Shown one piece after another: positions 20,056 through 30,107 of a stretch of DNA of 64,000 nt; the first letter of the stretch is position 1; every line of letters starts with the position of its first letter. The stretch lies in assembly GCA_045531355.1 (NCBI GenBank), contig JAZSDW010000053.1, positions 85-64,084 on the forward strand, given 5' to 3'. Source of the stretch: Clostridia bacterium (GTDB taxonomy: Bacteria > Bacillota > Clostridia > UMGS1883 > UMGS1540). A program made the position numbers and the translations under genes. The notes beneath the pieces are model-generated. The model did no database searches. It was not told the DNA's origin and saw only the letters and a list, made by a program, of their open reading frames with translations.

Positions 20056-20086
20056 AAGCGGGTGAATAAAGATTCACCCGCCATTT
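20056..20086 (-). terminator. intrinsic terminator of the rpsF-ssb-rpsR operon
   Basis: Minus-strand hairpin GCGGGTGAATCTTTATTCACCCGC followed by a T7 run. Confidence 0.55.
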
Positions 20087-20091
20087 GTCTC

Positions 20092-20340
20092 TTATTCAGC
20101 CGTGTAGGGCAAAAGTGCAATGTGTCTTGCTCTCTTGATTTCCGTTGTAAGCTGACGCTGATGCTTTGCGCAAGTGCCGGTCATGCGACGGGGAAGAATC
20201 TTTCCTCTGTCGGAAATGAAGCGGCGAAGACGCGCAACATCTTTGTAGTCAATATGTTCTACTTTATCAGCACAAAAGACGCAGACCTTTTTCTTGGTCT
20301 TACGGCTGCGATAGGGTCTTTCTGTTCTTTCCTTATCCAT
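20092..20340 (-). CDS. rpsR: 30S ribosomal protein S18
   Basis: 82 aa, ...[36 protein letters not shown]... Confidence 0.9.
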   Translation of the reverse strand: MDKERTERPYRSRKTKKKVCVFCADKVEHIDYKDVARLRRFISDRGKILPRRMTGTCAKHQRQLTTEIKRARHIALLPYTAE

Positions 20341-20417
20341 GGAACAAATCTCCTTTCCTAAAACCTACGCCGCCTTTTCGGGCGGGCAAGTAATAAAATG
20401 GCTACAGCAAAGCTGTT

Positions 20418-20834
20418 TTAGAAGGGCAAGTCGTCATCCGTAGCATCCGGGCCGAACTCCATAGGAAGCTCTGCGCCGCCCATAGCGGGTGCGCCGCCGG
20501 ATGTGGCACTATCCTTCTTACTCTCCACAAAATGCGCTTCATTTACGATAACCTCGGTTACCCAATGGCGCTTTCCCTCCTGGTCATCCCAGGTGCGGGT
20601 CTGGATGGAGCCGTCCACCGCAATCATATTGCCTTTCGAAAAATAGCGGGAGATAAAATCTGCCGTGTTCCGAAATGCAACGCAGTTGATAAAATCGGTT
20701 TGCCGTTCCTCGCCCTGCCGCGCGTAGCTTCTGCTGACGGCAACAGAGAACGAAACAACGGAAACACCGCTTTGCGTCGAACGAAGCTCCGGGTCCTTGG
20801 TCAGCCGACCGACTAAAATTGCTTTGTTCAGCAT
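20418..20834 (-). CDS. ssb: single-stranded DNA-binding protein
   Basis: 138 aa with an OB-fold N-terminus (MLNKAILVGRLTKDPELR) and an acidic C-terminal tail (DDDLPF). Confidence 0.9.
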   Translation of the reverse strand: MLNKAILVGRLTKDPELRSTQSGVSVVSFSVAVSRSYARQGEERQTDFINCVAFRNTADFISRYFSKGNMIAVDGSIQTRTWDDQEGKRHWVTEVIVNEAHFVESKKDSATSGGAPAMGGAELPMEFGPDATDDDLPF

Positions 20835-20846
20835 TCCAACACCCTC

Positions 20847-21146
20847 CTATTCTTCTTCGCGACGGACGATAATGGTACGGAGCACACCTTCGGTAATCCC
20901 ATACACACGGTCAAGCTCCTTCGGGAAATCTGCCGGTGCCGTAAAGTTTACGAGCACATAGTAGCCTTCCGTTTTGTAGTGGATCGGGTACGCCAGGCGT
21001 CTCTTTCCCCATACATCTACATTCTCCACCTCGCCGGCGCCTGCGATAAGAGCTGTGAACTTTTCCTGCAGCGCTGTGAGTTCTTCCTCGGAAAGAGTAG
21101 AATCCAGGACAAAGATTGTTTCGTACTTTTGCATCATTTCTGCCAT
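20847..21146 (-). CDS. rpsF: 30S ribosomal protein S6
   Basis: Start at MAEMMQKYETIFVL (ATG at 21146 after an AGGAGGTG RBS). The ORF-track start at 21227 is an upstream extension. Confidence 0.85.
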   Translation of the reverse strand: MAEMMQKYETIFVLDSTLSEEELTALQEKFTALIAGAGEVENVDVWGKRRLAYPIHYKTEGYYVLVNFTAPADFPKELDRVYGITEGVLRTIIVRREEE

Positions 21147-21274
21147 AATTACACCTCCTTTTGGTCTTTGGCCCCTTTCGGAGCAAGGATACCATAATAT
21201 TATAAACAAACACACGCATTTTGTCAAGAAAAAATGGAAAAAATTTTTAAAAGCCCTTATTTACAGTCTAAAGA

Positions 21275-21303
21275 TTGACAGCAAACAGAAAAAAGGGTAT
21301 AAT
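21275..21303 (+). promoter_or_regulatory. consensus sigma-A promoter for trxA (TTGACA, 17-nt spacer, TATAAT)
   Basis: Perfect hexamers at 21275-21280 and 21298-21303 inside an AT-rich divergent intergenic region. Confidence 0.6.
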
Positions 21304-21335
21304 TATGGTAACAAAATGGAAAGTGAGGAATTAAA

Positions 21336-21653
21336 ATGGCACAAATTATAAACACGGCAGAGTTTGAGGAGAAAGTTTCAAACGGAAAGGGCGTGGCCCT
21401 CGTTGATTTTTATGCGGACTGGTGCGGCCCGTGCAAAATGATGAGCCCGGCTGTCGATAAGCTTGCGGAAGAATTTTCTTCCCGCGCGGCAGTTTATAAA
21501 ATCAATACAGATGCAGACGGTGCGCTGGCGGCAGGCCTCGGCATCATGAGCATTCCCACCCTGATTTTCTTTAAGGATGGCGAGGAAAAAGACCGCGTTA
21601 TCGGCGTGGTGACCGAGGATGTCCTCCGCGGAAAGCTGGAGTCGCTATGCTAA
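21336..21653 (+). CDS. trxA: thioredoxin
   Basis: 105 aa with the WCGPC active site. Confidence 0.9.
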   Translation: MAQIINTAEFEEKVSNGKGVALVDFYADWCGPCKMMSPAVDKLAEEFSSRAAVYKINTDADGALAAGLGIMSIPTLIFFKDGEEKDRVIGVVTEDVLRGKLESLC

Positions 21654-22600
21654 ATACGGAATGGACAAAAGTCTCTATCGAAACGACCAGCGAGGGGATA
21701 GAGCCGCTATACGGCATGCTTCTCTCTATGGGGATTGAAGGGGCCGAAATTGAAGATACGGCTGATTTTGAAAATTTTCTGGAAAACAACAAGCGATACT
21801 GGGATTATGTGGATGACGAGCTCCGTGCGGCAAAAAAAGGGCCAACACGCGTCAGCGTCTATCTAAGAGCAGACGAAAACGGAAGGGAAACGCTGCTTCT
21901 TCTCCGGGAAAATCTGCGCCGGCTAAAGGCCGAGGACGCTTCGCTCGGCTCTCTTTCAGTTACACTTGACCAGATTGACGAAAACGATTGGTTTGAAAAA
22001 TGGAAGCAGTATTATAAACCCTTTACGGTTGGCGAGGCGATTACGGTGGTGCCGGCGTGGACGCCGTACGAGAGCGAAGGCGTGCTACTCCGCATAAACC
22101 CCGGCATGCTTTTCGGTACGGGAAGCCATAATACCACCCGGCTTTGTATCACGATGCTCGAAAAGATTGTAAAAAAGGGTGACAGGGTGTTTGACATTGG
22201 ATGCGGAAGCGGTATTTTATCAATTCTAGCCCTGCTTTTAGGCGCAGAGCACGCCGCTGCGGTAGATATTGATGCAGCCGCGCCGCGCATTGCGTATGAA
22301 AATGCTGCGCTTTCCGGCATAACGCCGGAAAAGTATACGGTTACCTGTGGAAATGTCCTGGAAGAGACCGTGACGGACGAAAGATTCCATGTGGTAGTGG
22401 CAAACATTGTGGCCGATGTAATTATTCCGCTTTCGGCCGTAGTGGAGCGCTATATGGAGCCGGAAGGCCTTTTCCTTTGCAGCGGCATTATAAATGACAG
22501 ATTGGAAGAAGTTCTGACGGCTTTGGAGAAAAACGGCTTTACAGTGCTCGAAAAGCGGCAGGATGGAGAATGGTGGGCCATTCTTTCCAAAAGGAGATGA
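21647..22600 (+). CDS. prmA: ribosomal protein L11 methyltransferase
   Basis: 317 aa with a SAM-binding DIGCGSGILSI motif. It overlaps the trxA stop by 7 nt. Confidence 0.85.
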   Translation: MLNTEWTKVSIETTSEGIEPLYGMLLSMGIEGAEIEDTADFENFLENNKRYWDYVDDELRAAKKGPTRVSVYLRADENGRETLLLLRENLRRLKAEDASLGSLSVTLDQIDENDWFEKWKQYYKPFTVGEAITVVPAWTPYESEGVLLRINPGMLFGTGSHNTTRLCITMLEKIVKKGDRVFDIGCGSGILSILALLLGAEHAAAVDIDAAAPRIAYENAALSGITPEKYTVTCGNVLEETVTDERFHVVVANIVADVIIPLSAVVERYMEPEGLFLCSGIINDRLEEVLTALEKNGFTVLEKRQDGEWWAILSKRR

Positions 22601-22603
22601 GGT

Positions 22604-23320
22604 ATGGCGAGATTTTTCATTACCCCGGCGGATATCGCGGGCGATGCGGTGCACATTACGGGTGAGGATGCCAAACACATAGCGCGCGTGCTCCGCATGC
22701 GGGAAGGCGACACCTTTACGGCGTGTGACGGAAGCCTCGGGGAATATCTTTGCGAGATTACGAAGATGGACAAGCTTTCTGTCCAGGCGAAAATTCTGGA
22801 GAAGAAGGAAAGTGAAGCCGAGCCGGCCGTTTCCGTAACGCTCTATCAGGGCGTACCCAAAGGAGCAAAGCTCGACTACATTGTGCAAAAATGCGTGGAA
22901 ATCGGCGTTTGCCGTATTGTGCCCGTGCGTTCGGCGCGTACTGTGCGCGAGGGTGAGGTGAAGAAAGAGCGTCTTTCCCGGATAGCCATGGAAGCGGCCA
23001 AACAGTCGGGCCGTGGGATTATCCCCATCGTGGAAGAAGCAGTTCCGTTTTCCGACGCACTGGAGCGGGCAAGCGAGGCAGACCTTGCGATTTTTCCGTA
23101 CGAATGCGAAAGAGAAACAACGCTCAAAGCGGCACTTGCGGGGAAAAAACCGGTCACAGTTTCCGTAATGATTGGTCCGGAGGGCGGTTTTGAACCGGAA
23201 GAGGTGGAAGCGGCGAGAAAAAAAGGGTTTCTAATCGTTTCGCTTGGCAAACGGATTTTACGGACGGAAACGGCAGGGCCTGTAACCTGTGGCAATATTT
23301 TTTACGAATTCGAAGCATAG
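22604..23320 (+). CDS. rsmE: 16S rRNA (uracil1498-N3)-methyltransferase
   Basis: 238 aa. N-terminal MARFFITPADIAG and a SPOUT C-terminal region. Confidence 0.85.
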   Translation: MARFFITPADIAGDAVHITGEDAKHIARVLRMREGDTFTACDGSLGEYLCEITKMDKLSVQAKILEKKESEAEPAVSVTLYQGVPKGAKLDYIVQKCVEIGVCRIVPVRSARTVREGEVKKERLSRIAMEAAKQSGRGIIPIVEEAVPFSDALERASEADLAIFPYECERETTLKAALAGKKPVTVSVMIGPEGGFEPEEVEAARKKGFLIVSLGKRILRTETAGPVTCGNIFYEFEA

Positions 23321-23332
23321 AGGAGTAGAATT

Positions 23333-23980
23333 ATGCAGTACAAGGCAGCGATTTTTGATTTGGACGGCACACTTTTGGATACGCTCGAAACCCTGGCGTA
23401 TTATGGCAACCGGACGCTTGAAAAGTACGGGCTTGCACCGTACGAAAAAGACGCATATCGCTATATGATCGGAAACGGCGCGAAGGTGCTGATTCAGCGT
23501 ATGCTGGAGGGAAGAGCGCGCGAAGATTTGTTTGATGCGGCCTATAAAACCTACATCGACGCCTACCATGCCGACACGCTCTATAAAACGGAAATTTACC
23601 CCGGCATCGAAAAGATGCTGGTGGCGCTACGGGGAAAGGGATTGCAGCTTTCGGTTCTTTCCAATAAACCGCATGAGGCAACGGTTCCCATTTTAAAGAA
23701 CTTTTTTGGTGCGGATACTTTTGCGGAGATGCGTGGCGCGATGGAGGGCGTTCCGATCAAACCGGACCCGACGGCGGCACTCGAGATTGCAGAGAAGCTC
23801 GGCGCATTGCCTGCGGAATGTTTATACATAGGGGACACGGCGGTGGATATGGAAACCGGAAAGCGCGCCGGCTTTTACACAATCGGCGTTTTGTGGGGCT
23901 TCCGGGACGAAGAAGAGCTTCGGTTGGGCGGTGCTGATAGAATTATTACAAATCCGGCAGAAATTTTAGACTGCCTTTAA
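23333..23980 (+). CDS. HAD-superfamily hydrolase (phosphoglycolate phosphatase-like)
   Basis: 215 aa. HAD motif I FDLDGTLLDT and motif IV GDTAVDMETG. Confidence 0.7.
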   Translation: MQYKAAIFDLDGTLLDTLETLAYYGNRTLEKYGLAPYEKDAYRYMIGNGAKVLIQRMLEGRAREDLFDAAYKTYIDAYHADTLYKTEIYPGIEKMLVALRGKGLQLSVLSNKPHEATVPILKNFFGADTFAEMRGAMEGVPIKPDPTAALEIAEKLGALPAECLYIGDTAVDMETGKRAGFYTIGVLWGFRDEEELRLGGADRIITNPAEILDCL

Positions 23981-23989
23981 GGAGGAACT

Positions 23990-24667
23990 ATGCCGAAAAT
24001 CGGAAATGATTGGGACCGCATCATCGGAGCGGAATTTCAAAAGCCGTATTATGCGGAACTTCGAGCTTTTTTGAAAGAAGAATACGCGACGCAAACAGTT
24101 TATCCGGATATGTATGACTTGTTTTCGGCACTGAAGGCCACGCCGTATGAGAAAGTAAAAGTTGTCATTTTAGGGCAGGATCCCTACCACGGCGCTGGGC
24201 AGGCGCATGGGATGAGCTTTTCGGTGCGCCCCGGCGTGCCTACGCCGCCGTCGCTTGGGAACATTTATAAAGAAATCATAAGCGAGCTTGGCGGAAAGGT
24301 GCCCAATAACGGCTATCTGATGCCTTGGGCCGAGCAGGGCGTACTCCTTTTAAATGCGGTTTTATCCGTGCGTGCCGGGCAAGCAAATTCCCATAAGGGG
24401 CAAGGGTGGGAAACTTTTACCGATGCCGTGGTGGACGCACTGAATCAGCGCGAAAAACCAATGGTGTTTCTTCTCTGGGGCGCCGGAGCACGCCAAAAAG
24501 CGGCGCGCGTAGACAGAAAACGCCATCTTTGCCTGGAAGCGCCGCATCCAAGCCCCCTATCTGCCTATAACGGTTTTTTTGGATGCGGGCATTTTGAAAA
24601 AGCCAACGCATTTTTGATGGAGACGATTCAGAGCCCCATCGACTGGCAAATCCCGGATTTGAAATAG
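23990..24667 (+). CDS. ung: uracil-DNA glycosylase
   Basis: 225 aa. Water-activating GQDPYHG motif and the HPSPLS leucine-loop region. Confidence 0.9.
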   Translation: MPKIGNDWDRIIGAEFQKPYYAELRAFLKEEYATQTVYPDMYDLFSALKATPYEKVKVVILGQDPYHGAGQAHGMSFSVRPGVPTPPSLGNIYKEIISELGGKVPNNGYLMPWAEQGVLLLNAVLSVRAGQANSHKGQGWETFTDAVVDALNQREKPMVFLLWGAGARQKAARVDRKRHLCLEAPHPSPLSAYNGFFGCGHFEKANAFLMETIQSPIDWQIPDLK

Positions 24668-24697
24668 CCAAAGTATGGAAAAAAGTGAAAGAGATGT

Positions 24698-24726
24698 TTG
24701 ACAAAGAGTGCGATTTGTAGTATAAT
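24698..24726 (+). promoter_or_regulatory. consensus promoter upstream of carD (TTGACA, 17-nt spacer, TATAAT)
   Basis: Hexamers at 24698-24703 and 24721-24726. Confidence 0.55.
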
Positions 24727-24769
24727 AAAACCATACAAGACTGATGAGTCAGGCGGGAGGGTAAAAGAT

Positions 24770-25255
24770 ATGTACAGCATCGGAGACAAGGTGGTTTACC
24801 CTATGTACGGTGCAGGGATTATCGAATCCATCGAAGAACAGGAATTTCAGGGCGAGGTCAATAAGTATTATGTGATGAAAATGCCTATGGGAGACCTGAA
24901 AGTTATGATTCCCATGCTCAATGCGGAAAAAATCGGCATCCGGGATGTGATTGACGACAAGGAGGCCGACGAGGTAATCGGCAAATTTTCTTCTCTGGAA
25001 ATCGAGTGCTCGCTCAGCTGGAACAAACGGTACAGAGAAAATATGCTGAAGATTAAGAGCGGAGATATTTACGAGGTGGCTGGCGTTGTTAAAATGCTGA
25101 TGTGTCGGGACCGAGAAAAGGGGCTTTCCACCGGAGAGAAGAAGATGCTCACAAACGCAAAGCAGATTCTGGTGAGTGAGCTTGTGCTTGCCAAAAATAT
25201 GGCACAAGAGGAAATTGAGGCGCTGTTTGAAGAAGCGCTTGTTTGCGAATCCTGA
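24770..25255 (+). CDS. carD: CarD/CdnL-family RNA polymerase-binding transcription factor
   Basis: Start at MYSIGDKVVYPMYGAG (ATG at 24770). The RNAP-interacting Tudor-like N-terminus and the position before ispD/ispF are both typical of carD. Confidence 0.8.
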   Translation: MYSIGDKVVYPMYGAGIIESIEEQEFQGEVNKYYVMKMPMGDLKVMIPMLNAEKIGIRDVIDDKEADEVIGKFSSLEIECSLSWNKRYRENMLKIKSGDIYEVAGVVKMLMCRDREKGLSTGEKKMLTNAKQILVSELVLAKNMAQEEIEALFEEALVCES

Positions 25256-25304
25256 AAAAGGCAGGGCCGTCGGATTTTAGAAGGACGGCAGAGTCGGAGG
25301 CGTG

Positions 25305-25997
25305 ATGAAGGAAAAAATTATAGCCATTTTACCTGCTGCCGGTCATGGCTCGCGTATGGGCGCCGGGCAAAACAAATTGCGGCTCGCGCTTTTGGGGCGG
25401 CCGGTGCTGGCATATACGCTGGAGGCTTTTGAGAATTGTCCTTCCATTGACGAAGTGATTCTTGTTGCAAATGAGCAGGATATTTTTTTATATAGAGAAC
25501 TCGTAAAAGATGCGGGTTTCCAAAAGGTAAAGACTATTTTGCGTGGCGGCGAGACGCGGGCGCAGAGTGTACATATAGGTGTTTTGGCGGCAGAAGATGC
25601 CTCTGTTGTGGTGATTCACGACGGGGCGCGGCCGCTTGTAACACCGGAGATTTTGGAAAAAACAATAGCAGGGAGCCGGGAAACCGGGGCGGCAATTGCA
25701 GCCGTTCCTGTTATTGATACCATCAAGCGTGCCGAAGGGGGCACCATTTGCGAAACGCCCCGGAGGGAAGAACTCTGGCAAGCACAAACGCCGCAGGTCT
25801 TCCGACGGGAACTTCTTCTTTCTGCACTGGAAAACGCTTCAGACGCAGTGACAGATGATGCAAGTGCTGTAGAGCTGGCTGGCGTGCGCGTGCGGCTGGT
25901 GGAGGCAAATCGGGAAAACATTAAGCTTACAACTCCCTTTGACCTTCTGGTGGCCGAAGCGGTGCTGCGAGCAAGGGGGAGAGAAGCATGCGAATAG
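25305..25997 (+). CDS. ispD: 2-C-methyl-D-erythritol 4-phosphate cytidylyltransferase
   Basis: 230 aa, ...ILPAAGHGSRMG... Confidence 0.9.
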   Translation: MKEKIIAILPAAGHGSRMGAGQNKLRLALLGRPVLAYTLEAFENCPSIDEVILVANEQDIFLYRELVKDAGFQKVKTILRGGETRAQSVHIGVLAAEDASVVVIHDGARPLVTPEILEKTIAGSRETGAAIAAVPVIDTIKRAEGGTICETPRREELWQAQTPQVFRRELLLSALENASDAVTDDASAVELAGVRVRLVEANRENIKLTTPFDLLVAEAVLRARGREACE

Positions 25998-26473
25998 GTC
26001 ACGGCTTTGATGCACATCGATTAGAAGCGGGGCGGCGCCTATATCTTGGCGGCGTGGAAATCCCGCACGAAAAAGGACTTTTAGGCCATTCGGATGCTGA
26101 TGTTCTGCTCCATGCGCTGATGGATGCGCTTTTGGGCGCGGCGGCGCTCGGGGATATCGGGAAGCATTTTCCGCCCTCGGATATGGCGTATCGGGACATT
26201 CGGAGCACCGTGCTTTTAAAGGCTGTAGCGGAGAAGATTGCAAAAGCAGGCTTCTGTCTCTGTAATGCGGATATTACCGTAATGGCTGAGCGACCGAAGC
26301 TAGCGCCCTATATTGAAAAAATGCGGCAAACGGTGGCCGATATACTGGGAACCGGACTGGATTCTATCAGCATCAAGGCAACAACAACGGAAAAAATGGG
26401 GTTTACCGGGCGTGAAGAAGGCATTGCTGCAGAAGCGGTTTGCCTTTTATATAAAATGCAGGAGGTAAAATAG
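25988..26473 (+). CDS. ispF: 2-C-methyl-D-erythritol 2,4-cyclodiphosphate synthase
   Basis: 161 aa with Zn/substrate motifs ([15 protein letters not shown]). It overlaps ispD by 10 nt. Confidence 0.9.
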   Translation: MRIGHGFDAHRLEAGRRLYLGGVEIPHEKGLLGHSDADVLLHALMDALLGAAALGDIGKHFPPSDMAYRDIRSTVLLKAVAEKIAKAGFCLCNADITVMAERPKLAPYIEKMRQTVADILGTGLDSISIKATTTEKMGFTGREEGIAAEAVCLLYKMQEVK

Positions 26474-26474
26474 A

Positions 26475-27800
26475 ATGCACTTTTCGAGGATGTATTCGAG
26501 AACTTTTCTTGCAGAAGAAGAAATGCAGGCGCTTTATGCAGAAACTGAGCGCGCACACCAGATGTTACACGAAAAAAGGGGCGCGGGTAGCGCCTTTACG
26601 GGCTGGCTCGACTGGGCCGGAAATTTTAGCCGTGTGGAATTGACCCGCATCGAGGAAGCGGCAACAAAAATCCAAAAAACGAGTGATCTTCTTATTGTCA
26701 TTGGCGTTGGTGGCTCGTATCTTGGTGCAAAGGCGGTGTTGGAGATGCTCCGGCCGGCTTTTGAAAAGCCCGCTTTGGAAATCATATTTGCGGGGCAGAA
26801 TTTCAGCGGCCCCTATCTTTCTTCCCTCTTGGAAATGGCAGAAAAACGAGAGGTATCGGTAAATGTCATCTCAAAATCCGGAACGACAACCGAGCCGGCC
26901 GTTGCATTTCGCATTTTCAAGCAGTTTATGGAAAAGAAATATGGGAAGGAAGGCGCCCGCGAGCGCATTTATGTAACGACCGACCGGGAGAAGGGTGCGC
27001 TCCGCGCGCTGGCAGAAAAAGAAGGCTATGCCAGGTTTGTGATTCCTGATGATATTGGCGGCCGTTATTCGGTTTTGACATCGGTGGGGCTTTTGCCGAT
27101 TGCAGCGGCAGGCATTTCTGTTTCGGAAATGCTGCGGGGAGCAGAGGATGCCCAAAACACATATTCGGAGCCGGATCCGGCAAAAAATGAATGCTATCAG
27201 TATGCGATTGCACGAAATGTGCTTTATCGGAAGGGAAAAACTATAGAAATTCTTGCCAGCTATGAAGAAAGACTGCATTATCTGGCCGAGTGGTGGAAAC
27301 AACTGTATGGCGAGAGCGAGGGGAAGGATAAAAAAGGAATTTTCCCGGCTTCTGTTGATTTTTCCACCGATTTACATTCCATGGGACAATATATTCAGGA
27401 CGGCCGGCGCGATTTGTTTGAAACGATTTTGATGGTGCAGAAGCCCATGGCCGATGTGGAAATTCCCCCGATGGAAGACAATGCCGACGGACTTGCCTTT
27501 TTAGAAGGCAAAACGCTTGGATTTGTAAACCAGAAGGCGTTTTTGGGTACAGTGCTTGCGCATACAGACGGCGGCGTTCCGTGCCTTGTGCTGACTTTGG
27601 AGCGGCTGGATGCCTTTTCCGCGGGCCAATTGATTTACTTTTTTGAGAAAGCGTGCGCTATAAGCGCCTATCTGCTGGGCGTAAATCCCTTTGACCAGCC
27701 GGGTGTGGAGGCGTATAAACGCAATATGTTTTCCCTTTTAGGGAAGCCCGGATATGAAGAAGAGGGCGAAAAGCTTTCAAAAAGGCTACAGGAATTTTAA
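26475..27800 (+). CDS. pgi: glucose-6-phosphate isomerase
   Basis: 441 aa. Bacterial PGI signatures ([26 protein letters not shown]). Confidence 0.85.
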   Translation: MHFSRMYSRTFLAEEEMQALYAETERAHQMLHEKRGAGSAFTGWLDWAGNFSRVELTRIEEAATKIQKTSDLLIVIGVGGSYLGAKAVLEMLRPAFEKPALEIIFAGQNFSGPYLSSLLEMAEKREVSVNVISKSGTTTEPAVAFRIFKQFMEKKYGKEGARERIYVTTDREKGALRALAEKEGYARFVIPDDIGGRYSVLTSVGLLPIAAAGISVSEMLRGAEDAQNTYSEPDPAKNECYQYAIARNVLYRKGKTIEILASYEERLHYLAEWWKQLYGESEGKDKKGIFPASVDFSTDLHSMGQYIQDGRRDLFETILMVQKPMADVEIPPMEDNADGLAFLEGKTLGFVNQKAFLGTVLAHTDGGVPCLVLTLERLDAFSAGQLIYFFEKACAISAYLLGVNPFDQPGVEAYKRNMFSLLGKPGYEEEGEKLSKRLQEF

Positions 27801-27855
27801 ACAGTTAAAAACAGCGAAAGCTGTTTAAATAAACGATGAAAGGTTGGCGAAAAGT

Positions 27856-28263
27856 ATGATTAGAGTCATTCTTGGTGAAAAAGGAACAGGAAAAACAAAA
27901 ATGCTGCTGGACAGCATGCACGCGGCAGTAGAAAGCGAAAAAGGCTGCGTGGTATTTATTAATAATGGTGGCCAGCATATGCTGGATGTAAGTCACAGAA
28001 TCCGTCTCGTGGATTCTTCGGAATTTGCCATGGAGACCTTTGCAGAGTTTTATGGATTGATTTCCGGCATTCTGGCACAGAATTTTGATGTTTCCTACAT
28101 TTTCGTAGACAGCATTACCAAAATTGCAAAGGGAAGCGACGCGGAACTGGAAACGATGCTGGAGAAGCTGGATGCCCTTTGTAAGAAATTTGAAGTGCAG
28201 GTTGCAATGACAATCAGCATGAGTGCGGCCGCGGCCAGCGATAAAATCCGGTCATTTGCATAA
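27856..28263 (+). CDS. hypothetical small protein with Walker-A-like GEKGTGKT motif
   Basis: 135 aa counted from the ATG at 27856; the ORF track begins at a TTG at 27844. P-loop-like sequence near the N-terminus and no recognisable Walker B. Confidence 0.4.
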   Translation: MIRVILGEKGTGKTKMLLDSMHAAVESEKGCVVFINNGGQHMLDVSHRIRLVDSSEFAMETFAEFYGLISGILAQNFDVSYIFVDSITKIAKGSDAELETMLEKLDALCKKFEVQVAMTISMSAAAASDKIRSFA

Positions 28264-28296
28264 GGATAGGCCGAATTAAGAAAGGATAGCAAATAC

Positions 28297-29778
28297 ATGA
28301 AATATCAGAGCACCCGCGGTAGTGCGGCCGTTGAGGCTTCACAGGCAATTGTAAAGGGGCTTGCGCCGGATGGCGGTTTATATGTACCGCAGTCGTTCCC
28401 GACTGTAGGGGAAATTAAAACACTGCTCCCGCTTTCCTACACGGAAAGAGCAAGACGCATTTTATCTTCCTTTTTGGGGGATTTTACAGATGAGGAAGTG
28501 GAGGCCTGCGTTCAGGCAGCCTATACGGCGGAAAAATTTGGTTCCGATGCGATTGCGCCGATTCATTCTTTAAGCGAAACGCTGCATATTCTGGAGCTTT
28601 GGCATGGCCCGACCTGCGCATTTAAGGATATGGCGCTACAGATTTTGCCGCATCTTCTCACCGTTTCCATGCGGAAAAACGGCATAGAGGACACGGTGGC
28701 TATTCTGGTTGCCACGAGTGGCGACACCGGCAAAGCGGCATTGGAAGGCTTCCGGGATGTGGAAGGAACCCGCGTTCTCGTATTCTTCCCGCGTGACGGT
28801 GTAAGCCAGATTCAGCGCAAGCAGATGGTAACGCAGGAAGGAAACAATGTTGGTGTTGCCGCGGTGTGTGGGAATTTTGACGATGCACAAAACGGCGTAA
28901 AGGCCATCTTTACCGATGCGGAATTCGGTGCATTCTTAAAAGAAAACAAGATTGTGCTTTCCTCTGCAAACTCCATAAACTGGGGCAGACTTGTGCCGCA
29001 GATTGTATACTATGTTTCTTCGTATGCTTCTCTCGTAGCAAAGGGAGAACTCGGGGAGGGCGAAAGCTTTAATGTTGTCGTACCGACAGGGAATTTCGGC
29101 AATATTCTGGCTGCGTATTATGCAAAGAAAATGGGCGTGCCGATTGGCAAGCTGATTTGCGCCTCCAACGCAAACGATGTTTTGACGGAGTTTATAAAAA
29201 CCGGCGTTTATAACAAAAACCGCGCGTTTCATCTGACGATTTCGCCTTCAATGGACATTTTGATTTCTAGTAATCTGGAGCGTTTTCTCTACGATGTTTC
29301 GGATGCGGACACGGAGAAAGTCAAAAGCTGGATGGAGAAGCTCCGCAAGGAAGGTCAATATACAATTGACAGCGCTACGCTTTCCAAAATGCAGGAAACG
29401 CTTTGGGCGGGAAGCTGTGATGATGTAAAAACAAAAGAAACGATAAAGAAGACCTGGGAAGAACACCGGTATCTTGTGGATACACATACAGCCGTCGCGC
29501 TTTCCGTATACGAAGCATATGTAAAGGAAAGTGGCGACACGCGCAAAACCATTGTGGCATCTACCGCGAGCCCGTATAAGTTCGGACAAAGCGTTTTAGA
29601 AGCTTTGGGAGAAGAAATCCCTTCCGATCCGTTTGCGGTGCTGACGACGCTGGAAGAAAAAAGTGGCCTTCCCATTCCGAATGCCCTTTCCGGTCTTCGC
29701 GAAAAGGAAGAACGGTTCCAGGCGTTTTGCGAACCGGAAAAAATGCCCGAGATGGTGCGGACGCTGCTCGGTATATAG
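28297..29778 (+). CDS. thrC: threonine synthase
   Basis: 493 aa. The PLP-lysine region reads HGPTCAFKDMALQ. Confidence 0.9.
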   Translation: MKYQSTRGSAAVEASQAIVKGLAPDGGLYVPQSFPTVGEIKTLLPLSYTERARRILSSFLGDFTDEEVEACVQAAYTAEKFGSDAIAPIHSLSETLHILELWHGPTCAFKDMALQILPHLLTVSMRKNGIEDTVAILVATSGDTGKAALEGFRDVEGTRVLVFFPRDGVSQIQRKQMVTQEGNNVGVAAVCGNFDDAQNGVKAIFTDAEFGAFLKENKIVLSSANSINWGRLVPQIVYYVSSYASLVAKGELGEGESFNVVVPTGNFGNILAAYYAKKMGVPIGKLICASNANDVLTEFIKTGVYNKNRAFHLTISPSMDILISSNLERFLYDVSDADTEKVKSWMEKLRKEGQYTIDSATLSKMQETLWAGSCDDVKTKETIKKTWEEHRYLVDTHTAVALSVYEAYVKESGDTRKTIVASTASPYKFGQSVLEALGEEIPSDPFAVLTTLEEKSGLPIPNALSGLREKEERFQAFCEPEKMPEMVRTLLGI

Positions 29779-29786
29779 AAAGAAAC

Positions 29787-29813
29787 CGCCCTGCGGGAGT
29801 TCCTGCAGGGCGG
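29787..29813. terminator. bidirectional terminator between thrC and the DUF1540 gene
   Basis: Palindrome CCGCCCTGCGGGAGTTCCTGCAGGGCGG with T-rich flanks on both strands. Confidence 0.5.
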
Positions 29814-29827
29814 CATCTGTTTGCTTT

Positions 29828-30010
29828 TTAGGAGCAGGTGCCACAATTTTTTCTGTCCACAAAGGTGGCACAGAGTGTGCCTTCACAGCCTTGCCCCGAG
29901 CAAGCGCTAACCTCGATGGCGTCTGCGGTACACTTTCCGTCGCAATCATTAAAGTGACAGTTTTTTACGCTGCAGGCAACATCCCGAAGCGCTTTGTGCG
30001 ATTGTTCCAT
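29828..30010 (-). CDS. DUF1540-family small cysteine-rich protein
   Basis: 60 aa with a duplicated C-x-V-x-N-C...C pattern (VACSVKNCHFNDCDGKC / ACSGQGCEGTLCATFVDRKNCGTC). Family assignment from memory. Confidence 0.55.
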   Translation of the reverse strand: MEQSHKALRDVACSVKNCHFNDCDGKCTADAIEVSACSGQGCEGTLCATFVDRKNCGTCS

Positions 30011-30107
30011 ACTAAAAACCTCCTACCTAAAAGAATGCAAGGCGTAGTATTTGCAAAAATGAAACACTTTATGCGGCACATTTCAAAATTTATAAAATGT
30101 AGGGAGA

